Source of the DNA: Octopus bimaculoides | Lineage: Eukaryota | Assembly: GCF_001194135.2 (NCBI RefSeq) | Contig: NC_068990.1 | Span: 88,365,180 to 88,429,179 of the forward strand | DNA length: 64,000 nucleotides | Reading direction: 5' to 3' | In this document: positions 29,801 to 43,336 of the stretch, piece after piece | Position numbering within the stretch: position 1 is the first letter of the stretch | How the letters are laid out: each line of letters starts with the position of its first letter | Program-made: the position numbers and the translations under genes | Notes under the pieces: model-generated | Seen by the model: the letters and a program-made list of their open reading frames with translations, nothing else | Database searches by the model: none | What the model was told of the DNA's origin: nothing

Positions 29801-32800
29801 CTTCATTTTATCATATTTCTGAGGTCGATAAAACAAGCACTAGTCAAACACTGAAGTCATTTTATTTTCATGTATCCTCATAGTAGCACGTGTAGCATTG
29901 TGTTTGAATTAGGAACTATTATCATTAATATTGTTTCCATCAATAATAATTATAAGTATTCTTGTTGTGATGGGTTGTGGCTTGATAGAATCACTCAAGT
30001 ACCAGACAAAATGTGCTATGGTATTTATGTATTCAACTTCTGTGTTCAAGTTTGGCTGTGGTTAACTTTACCTTTCCAGGGCCAGTAAATAAAACTGCCA
30101 GTCAAATGTAGAGACCAATTTTAATCAGTCAGTTCCTTAGTTAAAGTTTTAACTTTCATCTGTATTAGAAATTACTATTATTGTTATTGTGGTTGTTTTT
30201 CATTGGTCTAAATTTTACTTTGACTCTAGAAACTCAGATCCATTTTATGAAAATAAAAGATGCAATTCTGGATGTAACTGGGAAAACATTGTGGGATAAC
30301 AAAAATGTGACAGCAAAAGCCTGTGCAGAAAAATGTTTCTCTGATGAAAATTGTTTATCATTTGAAATAAATGAAAAAAGCCGACAATGTTACTTATCAA
30401 AGGAAAGTGCAGCTTCCAAGGAATTAAAGCCAATCAAAGGCAGAATTTACTACCAACGAGTAAAATGTAATTATACTTTGTATTTTATTATTGGGATATG
30501 CTTTTCCTCTTTGTCTAAAGCTTGTGATTACATTTGTATTCCATAATACGAGGGTAGGCTGAAAAGTTCATAGGTTCACTATGAAGGAATCTCGCTAGAG
30601 CTGTGAAATCTTGCATGCATTAATTTCAGCTCTTCTTATTAATAATTGCACAGTTTCTTTCCAGGTAAACTGATATCTGACTGTTCAAAAAAGACTTCAA
30701 AAGTAATTAGTAGTGATGTCTCTTGAAAATGGACAAAATAAAATTTGGCACCATGGTGTTATCAAGTGCCTGCAGAAAACATGTTTAGCCACCCCCCAGT
30801 ACATTTAAGCTCACACAGTTGCTACATAAGGGGATGATGCTCCAGCTTTATCAACAATACAAAAGTGGGTGGCTGATTTTGGCGGGGAAGGGAGAGTCTT
30901 GAAGATGACTCAAAGTCTGGATGTTCTGTATCTGTCACCACTGAGAAAAACGGTTATAATATGGATTCTCGTTCACTTGCATGTTATTGTCAGCAGTGTA
31001 ATATTCTTGTCGCCACTAATATGTTGTGGTGGTAGTCCATGTCTTATTATCTGACTTGTCTATCATGCTATTGCTGATAACTCCACAAGACAATGACTTT
31101 GAAACATCTACCTTCTTCCCACTTCATTTCTAGGACCAAAGCCACAGCCTCCATATTACATGGAATTCATTGGGTTGCTGTCCAACATGTCCAAGAAAGT
31201 CACCAGCAAGAAAGATAAGGTCACTGGTATTTGTCATGAAGATAATCTACAAAATAGCCTTGAAAAAACAGTCCATTTTCATGTATTACTCCCAACTGAG
31301 GTGCATATGCAGGGATAAATATATTTTATGCTGGACCATTTTAAATTTATTCTACCACGATGTTTGTGTACCACAATTACCTTATCTATCCATTTATCTA
31401 CCCAAAGTGTTCCTACACCTCCCACACCATCACTATTGTCCACTCAGAATAATTTATGTCTTTATTCTTTTCCATGGGAATTCTGGCTGAGGCTCCTCTC
31501 CATCTTGCCTCTTGGACACAACACACCTCTACATACCTCCACTCTGTCATTTCAACACTTCGATCAATCCGACCTTTCATTGTCTTTACATTGACTGTGC
31601 CTGTCTGCAGGTTATGGAGTAGAACTATATACTCTGAAATGCTAACGGACATTTTATGCATGCATCTATGTTGAAGATAAATAATTTTGTGTTCTTTTAA
31701 TTGCTATAAAAATACACAGTTTCATAATTGCAGAAATAAATTTCATTAACGAGTTGAAGAACATGAAGAAAGAGAAAATAATTACTACATTATTTTATTT
31801 ATGTACATATAGCATTTATAGTACAATTGGAAAGTAAAGTCATTTTGTCATAGAGAATTTCAACTTAAAATTCACACTAGCTAATCCTTCATACTAACTA
31901 CTAGAGTTCACAACAATTCAAATAAGTCTTGTTGGATTTTTATCATAGACATGACATAAAAAATAGCCAATATCTCAATGAGTGAGTGTCGTGGAGTTTA
32001 ATAACATCCAACGATCACTGATTAATTCCCCCAAAATCAGGGTTTTTATAACTGCTTATACCTGAGTTCTAAGAACCGTTTTTCCTGAAAGAATTCTCTT
32101 TGACAAATGTTTAGAATTCAAATATGGGCAGTAATTTTAATCAATGGGATACCAACAATTATGCTTATTTGGGCAAACGACCATTACGTCATATTACCAC
32201 TTTTTACGACTTGCTACAACGTCGTAAGACATACTCAAAACTTTGTGGGAATGTTTCCATTTTAGATAATCTTTTCATCTATCCCTCTTTTGATGTGTGC
32301 TTTTGATTATGATTGAATAGCATTAGCAACAGACATGTTGATTGATCTGTTGAAGGGAATTTTCACCCGACAAAAGCATACTTCAAGGAAGGGATGTACA
32401 AATGAATTATTTTGCAGCCTCAGTATTCAGAAAAGGTTTCAATAAGTCTGAAATTCTTCAACTACTCACACGAAAATTCTTGCTAGAGCTTCAATTTGTA
32501 AATGAATTATTTGTATAAAATATATTTTTCTTTTACAGACTCATGCACCATATACTTTATAATGTTTAATGTATGTGTATATGAGTGTGTCTGAATATAA
32601 AATGTATTTCTTGCTTTCTTTTTCTTCCAGTCAATGATCAGCATATAACATTTAAAAAAGCTAGCTTACCAATGAAGGCTACTTTTGAACAGCTTAAGGA
32701 TGTGAGCTTAATAAAGTGTAATGAAAGTTGTCATCGAAAGGAAAGATGCACTTCCTATGCATACAATGTTAAAGATAAGCTCTGTAATTTGAGTAATGTG

Positions 32801-32915
32801 ACTCAGTTGACTACTGAAATTAAACCCAACAATGGAGGCTGGGATGTATACATAATTAATCCCGGTTAGTAGAGTGTTTTATCTTAGTCATTGTGTGCAT
32901 GTTTTTGTGTATAAA

Positions 32916-32964
<49 letters not shown>

Positions 32965-35900
32965 ACTGCTATGATATGTGATAATGAGACATGGGCATTG
33001 AACACAGAGGACATGAGAAGATTGGAAAGAAACGAAGTTAGCAAGCTATATTGGATGTTCAATACAAGTGTGTATGAATGATATAGTATAAATGTGCTGA
33101 TTGAAAAACTGGGCAAAAGAGAAATCAGTTGAAGTATGCAAGAGAGAAGGCTACATTGCTGTGGACAAGCAGTGTGTATGGTTCAGAACAGCTTTACAAA
33201 GAAGTGCTAATCACTAAATATGGCAGGAGCTGGTGGATGAAAAAGACATGGGATAAATTGGTGAAGGCTGATTTCAAGGTCCTGAGCATTGCAGAAGAGA
33301 TGTTTGGCAATACATGACTCTCAAGAAGAACCACATATTGCATGACAAAACTAACTTCTGGAAGCACTGTTCATCATTGTCATCATTATCATCATTTAAT
33401 GATTGTTGCCCATGCTAGCATGGGTTGGATAGTGTAACCAGAGCTGGCAAGCTGGGGGAAAGCACTAGACACCACTCTGATTTGGTATGGTTTCTACAGC
33501 TGGATACCCTTCCTAATGTCAACCACTTTACAGAGTATGCAGAATTCTTTTACATGGTACTACATAGATTCTTTTATCTGGTACTGGATGGGTGTTTTTA
33601 TATGGCATCACATAAGTGTTTTTACGTGATGTTGCATGGTCGATTTTACAATTCACAGCAGGAATGCCTTTATGCGTCACTGCACAGGCACTTTTATGTG
33701 TTGTCATACAAGAGCTTTTATGTGTCATTGCACAGGTGCTTTTACATGGCACCACCATGAGTGCTTTACACAACCAGAAGGATTGGTCTTAACACTTCTG
33801 CTGTGGGGTATGGGTTTTCTTGAGTACAGCCATGTGCTAGGCATTCCAGCCCTTTGTCATCTCACCTGAAAGGTTCAGCTTCCTGAGGTCGTTCTTCAGT
33901 ATTTCATTCCATGTCTTCTTGGATCTCCAACTTCTACGTCTTTCATCCACTTTGAGAGATTGGCACTTCTTTATGGAGCTGTTGGCATCCATCCTCATCA
34001 CATGACCAAACCAGTACAGCTTCCTCTCATGCACACAGCAACAAATTCCTCTTATGCCTAACATAAAAACGCTAATGATATCAGTTACTGTTTCTATTTC
34101 CAGTTTACACACAAATTGACTGTGAAACTCCAAAAGATATTGTTGGTACATCAAAGTCTTACAAAACCACCACCTATAAATCTGAAGTAAACTACACTTG
34201 TCCAGGAGGAGAACAACTAAAATCAATATGTGAAAAGGACAATAAATGGACTCCAGTAAAGTCTATGTGTAAAGGTAATGTAAATGGCTTCCCTTTTGTT
34301 ATTGTCTAGATAGTTTTATTTTATTTTTTGCAGTTAAATGTCTTTGTGAGAGAAGGTTTGGTTGACGCCATGATAATTTCCACAGTGTTTGTAGCTGGTG
34401 GGAGACAGAGGATAATCCAACTGTCATGCCTTTCTGTACTTTCTTTAGGGACTTGAGGCACTCATTCTTTGTACTCCTACCCCATGCCTCCCAAAACAAG
34501 TTGCAGGCAAAACATTTTTCAAATTAATCCCTCTATTTAAGTCCTGAATGCATCCCTTGTTTACTCATGTGACAGGCATGCAGTATGGTTATTCCTTTGG
34601 GCCCTTTTCATATTGCAGCTTGCTTTGAGCTTACTTGCATCAGGTGCCAAACTGGTATTTTTATTGGACTCAAAAATATGTATACACTATTTTTTATGTT
34701 TACATAAATACCCATGGATATGTATATACAAGCACATAAATATGTATACACATGCACACACACACACATTTATATAAGTAGGTATATGCACATATAAGTA
34801 TGATGCAATAATGCATACCTATATATATATATATATATATATATGTCATTATCATCAGGAAACCATAAATCTGAAAGAGAAGCACACTAAGTTTTAGAGC
34901 AGTAGAGTATTTAGATAAAGACAGTTATGGTCGCTTTCATGTCCATAAAGCACTTAGCTTTACATATGACTTGTCAGACCCTAATGGCCAGCGGCCTATA
35001 ACCACTCTTCAAGCTGGAGGGAGAAAAGGCCTCATAGCAAGTTTTTGAACACACAGGCAAAGAAGAAATGAAAACCTGGGTATATAGAGTGGGTAGTGGC
35101 TACTGGATAGCAATGATACAGTGAGACAGGGCCAAAAGGACAGGATTGGGAAGTGGGAGATAAGCATAGTGCATGAAGTGGAAATGTGAGAAGAGATGTA
35201 GAGATGTAGTTTGGTTTGTTGTGGTAGGGTGTGTGAGAAGTTTTCTTGAGATACACAGTGCTTCTAGAACTCAGTTTCACTGACGTGGGTAGGTCTTCTC
35301 AAGAACCTCATATCGTCAGACATCTCTGTCCATTGCTATTTCCCCCATGAGGTCCAACATCCTGAGATCTTTCCATATCACTTCAGCCCATGTCTCCGTG
35401 GGTACCATCCACTTTCAGTGATCATCACTTCTTTATGCAGCTGTCCTCATTCATACACATCACATGTCCAAACCAATGTAGTCTTCTCTCTTGCATGCTA
35501 CATTTAATTCCTCTTATGCCCAACTTTTCTCTCAATACATTTACACTTTGTCATACAGGCACACTGATGTTGCACATCCAACAGAGCATACTGCCTTCAT
35601 TTCTTTCTAGTCTATGAATGCCTTCTGCATTCAGAGTCTATGTTTCTCTACCATGGTGTATAGCCATGTGCACACAAGATATATATATATGTCTTTGTAC
35701 TTATTTCTTCATTCTGTTTCACTCTGTTATTATCTTTTCATTCTCATACTCCTAATATACATGCACTATTGGTATCAGTTTCTGTTTTCAATTTCAGTTC
35801 ATGCAAACATTGACTGTGGAAGCCCAAAAGACATTGTTGGTGCAGCAAAGTCCTACAAAACCACTACCTATAAATCTAAAGTGACCTATACTTGTCCAAA

Positions 35901-38900
35901 GGGAGAGCAACTAAAGTCAATATGTGAAAAGGACAACAAATGGACTCCAATAGCTTCTACCTGTAAAGGTAACATGAATAGCTTCTTTTTTGTTGTCTTT
36001 CTCTATGTAATTAGTTTTATTTTTGTATTAAATGTTTGTCAGAGGACTCAATGATAATTTTCTGTACAATATTATATCCTGAGTCTTTCATTACTAAAAC
36101 TTGGCAATCTTCTGGAACTGACTTCGATCCTGCATACTGTATTTTCTGAAGTCCATCGGATTACATTAGATAATCTTGTCTACCCTTTTGAAGACAGTTG
36201 GGTGTGAGTAAGAGAGATTTTAATATTTCTAACTTGTTGGGTGTCTACGTAAGGGCTTCAACAGCAGTTGATCTACAGTAACTGTGGAAATTAGTATTGC
36301 AAGTTAACTGATATGACAAGCCTTTCCTCTGATATAATCTGTTGCCTGATTCAGAACAATCTCCATGTCTTTTAAACGGTCATGGCAATGATGATGGACA
36401 ATGTTAACATAATTATTGCTAAAATAAACACTCTCATTGACCCACAGATTTACTCAGGCTTGATATGGACTGCTTTAATGACACAAGTGTAGAAGGGTGG
36501 GTGACCTCAGAATTTCATGACATGGCTGTTTCTGTCATGACTAGCTTATTAAAAAAAATCAAAATAACATCCCATTGTAATCAATTAGAAATTCATTGTT
36601 TATGTCCTGAGTTGAATGTAATTATGGAAAGCTATGTAATTGTATGATATTTATGTCATTCTCACAAGCACTAACTTCAACAAAAAGTGAACTGACTTCA
36701 ACTAAGATTAAAACCCATATTTAGTTACCTCCTTTTACATTCTGGGTTCAAATGCCAACAGGATGTAACATGCCTTCCATACTTCTGAGGTTACTTTATT
36801 TTCATGTATCCTCACTGTTGAATTGTGCCTAAATTAAGAGTAATTATTATTAATATTGTTACTAGCATCATTTTAATTGTATCTGCAGTTAAGTGTGATA
36901 TGTTTGCAAAATGTGTTGTATTTTTTTCTGGCATTTTAACTTCTGAGTTCAAATTCTACTGATGTGAACTTTACCGAGTAAAATAAAAAGCTAGTCGAGT
37001 TAGTGTAGGGGCAGGTGCAATTTTATTCAAAAATTCACACCTCAAAGTTTTGGCCATATTTCTGTTAGAAATTAAATTATATTGCTGTTAATTTTCATTG
37101 GTATAACCTTTACTTTAATTCCAGACGCTAAGATCCATTTTGTGAGAGTAGAAAATGCAACTCTGAATGTAGTGGGGAAAATATTGTGGAATAAGAAAAA
37201 TGCAACAGCAGACACTTGTGCAGAAAAATGTTTTTCTGACAAAAGTTGTTTATCATTCGAATTAAATAAAAGCAGCGGAGAATGTTATCTATCAAAGCAA
37301 ACTGCAGCTACCACTGAGAAATTAGCATCAGCCAAAAGCATAGATTATTACCAACGAGTAGATTGTAATTATACTTTGTGTTTCACTATTGATTTTCTTT
37401 TTTTCTTTTTCTGAAATTTGCGATTCCATTTGTACTTCATAATATATTGACAACTATTTCTGTAAAGAAATCAACAGGTTTACCTACGAAGAGAGACATA
37501 AACGTATTCCTGCAAAACAATTTTTTAAATCAATATTAGGAACTGTACATACTGCTGAGGTATTCTCATACAGCATTTGTTCACCTTGAATATCTCAAGA
37601 AAGTTATTACCCAGATTGATCTGATTAGCATAAAATGTGTCATAATTCATCTTAACAATTTGAACAGAACAATTAAAGAATTATATCTAGCAATTGACAG
37701 ACATATTTGTCCAATCCCAGGCAAAATCAAAAATTATCATTGTTTCCCTTGTGATTCCATAGCAAAATCCATAACTAGACCCAAATTACATTCATGCATC
37801 CATTGTAAATAGCTGCTGCTTCTTTAATTTTTAAATACTTTTTTTTAAAAAGTCCTTTCCTTCAAACACTCATGTTAAAATGAACTGGAGTGACCATCAT
37901 TATTATTTTATAAATATTTTTAAAATATTAGATAATTATATAGAAGTACCAGGAGTTAAAATTTTGAATAACATATGAGAAAGTCCTCTGGTTCATTGTT
38001 GTATCAGCAAGCAACATATAATAAAATCACAATCCATCAAAAATTATTTTTCAGCATAAATCATCCTTCTCGGAATTAATGTGAATTCTAGTACATCATG
38101 AAGCATATTCAGAACCTTACCTCAATATCTAAGTTGCAAATAATCTATTTGTACTTTCCTCTTCTGATGATGTACTTTTTTTTGAGACTGAATGACTGTA
38201 GTAATACTTGACACATTGGTTGTTCACCTGTTTAAGGAAGTATCAAACTTGTAAAAGCATGCCATTAGAGAAGAGATGTACAAATAAACTATCTGCAGCC
38301 TAAATATCAAGACAAGGTTGCAAATAAGTCTCAAGATTTTCTACATCTCACATGAATTCTAATTAGGGTATCATTTTGTGAACCAGTTGTTTATAATTAA
38401 TTTTCCATTTACAAAATTATGCTCCACATGCTTTACAATATTTGATGTATAAACCTGGTGTGTGTGTGTGTGTGTGTGTTTCAGTTGGTGGATGAGTACA
38501 AAATGTATTCCTTGTTTCCTTTTTATCTTTTCAGCTGACAAACCTTTCAAGTTACATAAAGTTAGCATATCAAAGAAAACTGCTTTAAAACAGTTTGAGG
38601 ATAAGACTGCAACAGAGTGTAATAAAAAATGTTATGAATATCAAGAATGTAATTCTTATGAGTACAATGAAAAATCTAAATTATGTGTTCTGACTAATGT
38701 GACTCAGTTGACTGGTGATCTTAAACCCAACTTAGGAAGCTGGGATGTTTATATCATTAGCCCAGGTCAGTACAGTATTTCCATTTTATTTATGTGTGTG
38801 TGTGTATTTCCACACACACATACACACACACAGGGGCATTTTAATCTTATAAATCAACATCAGTACTTATTTCTAAAGCCTGGTGCTTATTCTGTCAGCC

Positions 38901-41286
38901 TGCCTTGCTGAATATTAAGATGTAATGCAACAAAATAGGAACTGTTGGGTTGGGAAGCAAACTTCTTACAAAGCATAAATGAATAAATTCTAAACAATAA
39001 CATAACCCTAAATTTAATTAATAAAAAGTTCTCCAAAACACTCTCCATAACAACCCACTCTAAAATCTAATTACCATTCTGCTCAAACCCACACACCTAA
39101 AGAAGATTTTTAACTTAACAATAACAAGTCAAGATTAACTTCAATGAAACACAGTCCAAACTTCAAAGTCCCTGTCAGTAACATTCTTGTTTAAGAATAA
39201 TATCTGTGTATTTGAATGATAAAAATTGATGACTTGGTTATCTGACATTGCTAGAATTGTTTGATTAATGGTTTTAGTGTGACATATGCATAATACAATT
39301 TGTTACATTGCATAATAATTTACATAACTCTCAACTCCACAGTCTGGCCTAGCAGATGAACAGGAAGACCATTTGCATGAGACCCTTCTTGCAGTATATA
39401 TACATAAATACTTACATACATATATACATGCAAAAATGCATATGTATGTATTTATATCTGTGTGTAAATTTCTTCAGTTTCTTTCATTTAATATCTTTTA
39501 TTTTAATTTTGTCATTGTCTCTTCGATTTCTCCCTCCTCCTTACATACACTTGCCATTGATATCAGTTTCTCTTATCACTTCCAGTCTTCACAAAAGTTG
39601 ACTGTGGACCACCAACATATGTTGTTGATGCAAAGAAGTCTTACACTACCACCACCTATAAATCTGAAGTGACCTATACTTGCCCAGAAGGAGAAACGTT
39701 TAAGTCAGTGTGTAAAGAGGACAATAAATGGTCTCCAGTAGTGTCTTCTTGTGAAGGTAATGTAATTAGGTCCTCTCTTGTTACCTCTGTCTAGGTAATT
39801 TTATTCTGTTTTGTGTAAAATGTCTTCACCAAAAGAAGAATGACGAATTCCATGACAATTTCCATGGTGTTTGTGGCTAGTGAAAGAGAGAAATAGGAAG
39901 CTATCCTTGGATCAAAGACATTCTCATCTATACATTGCGTCAACCCAAATACTGTACAGTACAACGCACTGAGTTTTTCTACACTAGAGTTCAGCAATAA
40001 TCTGAAACTCTTGTACTCTTTCAGTCCACCAACCTAAATTGTTATAAAACAGGTTAGGGTAACGATGCTTTCTGATTTGGGCAAAGAACCCCAAAAGTTT
40101 TGATAGAAGTGTTTTAGTCACTATCATCAACTCAAGCACATGACTTGTTTGATGTTATTGACCCTCACAAGAATGTAAGTCTAAGGTGTAACATTGGCTG
40201 GATTTGAAATGAAAACATGAAGTACCTGAATATATGTCATAAAGCATTTTTTCAGTTCTTCTAAGTAGTATACATGTATATATTTAAGATAAAGATGAAG
40301 GATAACGCAATTCTGTTCTATGTAGAAGATCGTTATCTTGGACCAATTGAAGACCACTATAAACTTCAAGGGCAAGATCCTTGAGAGGAAGTTGAATTAT
40401 TTGCATGAATCATCTCAGAAGAATTTGTGGCCCTGTATCTAAGTTAGGAACTATTATCATTAACATTGTTACTGTCAAAAAAATAATTATAATTATTCTT
40501 GTTAAGAATGATATATTCACAGAATCATTTGAGCATCAAACAAAACGTATAATGATATTTGTTCTGGGGCCCATAACTTCTTAGTTCAAATCTGGCTGAT
40601 GTCAACTAGGCCTCTCCAGTGTCAAGAAAATAAAATGCTAATCAAGTCTAAAAGCCAAATTAATTGATTACCTCTTACCTCAAATTTTTGGTCTGCTTTC
40701 TATGTTAGAAATTATCATTATTATTATTGTTGTTGTTGTTGTTTCTATTTGTCTGAATTTTACTTTAATTCTAGTTATTGTAATCAAATTTGTGAAAATA
40801 GAACATGCGATTCTGAATGTACTCAGGAAAACATTGTTACAGGAGGAAAATGTAACAGCAAGTGCCTGTGCAAAAAAATGTTTGTCTGACATTACTTGTT
40901 CATCATTTGAAGTAACTAAAGAAAGTAGACAATGTTACTTGTCAAAAGATACAGCTTCCTCAAATAAAATAACAATAAGCAAAGACAGAGATTATTACCA
41001 GCGAATAAGACGTAATTATTTTTGTATTTTATTATTGCACTTCCTTTTTCTCTTTTTCTGAAATTTGTGATTTCATTTGTACTTCATATTATATAAACAA
41101 CCATTTCTATAAAGATACTGAGGGGTTTACCTGATAAAGATGTGTTCCTGAAAGCAATATTAAGACTTGTAAATACTGTTAGGGAGTTTTCATAGAGTAT
41201 TTGTTGACCTGGATGTTTCATTGTATTGTTTTTGTATTTTTTTGCACATGTGTAAGAAAAGAAACGTGTTATTTTTTAAACCTGAT

Positions 41287-41320
<34 letters not shown>

Positions 41321-43273
41321 TGTTGTTGTTGTTGTTGTTAACTACAGAGCCAGAGTCACAATTGGTAAAAATTTACGTATGTGCATTGACTTACAAATAT
41401 TGCACAAAAAAACTTCACATCAATGAATAGCATACCAACATAAATAAAAATCTTAACTAGAACATGAAACAACCTTTTTAAAAGCAAATATCCTGACATA
41501 GTATTAGAAACCAGAGGGAATATTAACAAAAATCTATTACAGGCACTACTAGAAATATCCATATCAAACCCTAGAGAGGGAACACCTGTCTGCTCCTCAG
41601 AAATGGTATAAATAGTTTTTTGTCACTTTCATCCTGTTAACTAAAATAACTTTACTCAGAATAGACAGTGTAACTGCACATGGCTTGGAATCATCTTGGA
41701 AGCCACATTTCATACTCAATCACCTCAGTTCACTATGATTAGCAGCAAGACCAGAGTTTCAAATAGTCTTGGTGGACACAAGATCTACTTATTTCCAATT
41801 TGACTGAACTTGAGAGGTAGAGTAGCTGTGCTATATTAGAAATGATTTGATCTTAAAATATGGGCCATCTTCCTGGACCCAAGTAAGTTGGTGGTGATCA
41901 GATTGCTTTAGGCTTCTAGTGTGTTTCCTTGGTACACTTCACTCCTTAGTTCTAAGAGATTCAGTGGCACCCTGAATTCATGTTTGGAATATGTGGGAGA
42001 AGCCAATTGATGACAGGTTTATATAAGTCTCACAACACTACTCAAATGTTTTGCACTGTTTGATAGGTACTGACAGGATTTCCCAAATGTACCAATATGG
42101 ATATGGACATTAGGTCGTCCAGATCATATCTTGGTAGAGTTTTCGGTATAGATCAGTAGATAGAGATAGCATAGGTTGTCCACAATTTAAAATCACTGGT
42201 TATGCAGACCACAAATTTGTGATCTGCATAATCACCCAAAATAGGATTTGTAGACAGGAACCTGCATACTGAAAGCTAAATGTATCACTGCCAGTGCACC
42301 AAACTTACAGAGAAGAGATCAGTGAACTAGTAAAATGGGCATTCATGGGGAAAATTGGCAACAACAAATGATAGTTTGCCTTGAAATTAGTGGAGAACCA
42401 ATAATGTTTAGCAAGTAGCAAAGGAAAACACCCCAATAGAGGGATTTAGGTAGAAACTTAGTGAGATTAGCATGTGTGCAATTGCACGAAGGATGGCACA
42501 AGAATATAAATTAATCATTTGATGTGCCCAAGTGGAAGAGGTGCAACATGGCAACAAAGCCATGATTCAGTCTTTGGTAAACTAGGAAGGGCATGTGCCA
42601 ATAGATCACAAGCAGATATGTGTGACTTTTCAGCAACATTTTGTTTATCTGTTCAGGATGAGTGCTGGGCTGGATCACTAGTATTGATTCAGAGCCCATC
42701 TAAACAGCCTTCCATGACTCATGGCAAGAGAGGACTAGTGTTGTCAAAAGCCATTAACAGCTATAGTGGTGTGGGATGCAAGTTTTAAATGCACAGCGTT
42801 GGAGAATCACCTGGTTTGGGTGATCTGATGGTTAGCGTGAATTGTCAGCTATTGGTGCCATTCAGCATCATATATATGAGTATAAAATGTATGTCTTCTT
42901 TCCTTTCTTTCTTTTCTAGCCAATGATGCCGTTTTTTCCTTTAAAAGATCTTTCATAAAAGGGCATGATGCTTTTGAACGACTGAATAATGTGAGCTTAA
43001 AGGAATGTGAACAAGCCTGTCATCAGACTCCAGAATGTCACTCTTATGAGTACCAAGAAGCTTACAATTTCTGTGATCGAAGTAATGTGACTCACTTGAC
43101 TCATCAACTTCAACCCAGCGTATGGGGCTGGGATCTTTACATCATTAACCCAGGTCAGCAGTGTGTTACATTTTATTTCATGTGTGTGTGTTTGCATGTG
43201 AGTTTGCATGTGTGTGTTTTTGTGCATTTTGATATATGTACATGTATGAGCATAATCTATCTATCTGTCTGTC

Positions 43274-43336
<63 letters not shown>

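Noticed and set aside
34905-35060. Open stretch [20 protein letters not shown]... between S7 and S8, faintly like the 12050 candidate exon
   Set aside because: The nearest AG gives phase 2, and phase 1 hits an immediate TAG. The resemblance is too weak to call an exon.
41600-42830. Non-coding block similar to ~62380-63130
   Set aside because: Probably copies of an interspersed repeat; I could not read a coding motif or assign a family by eye.
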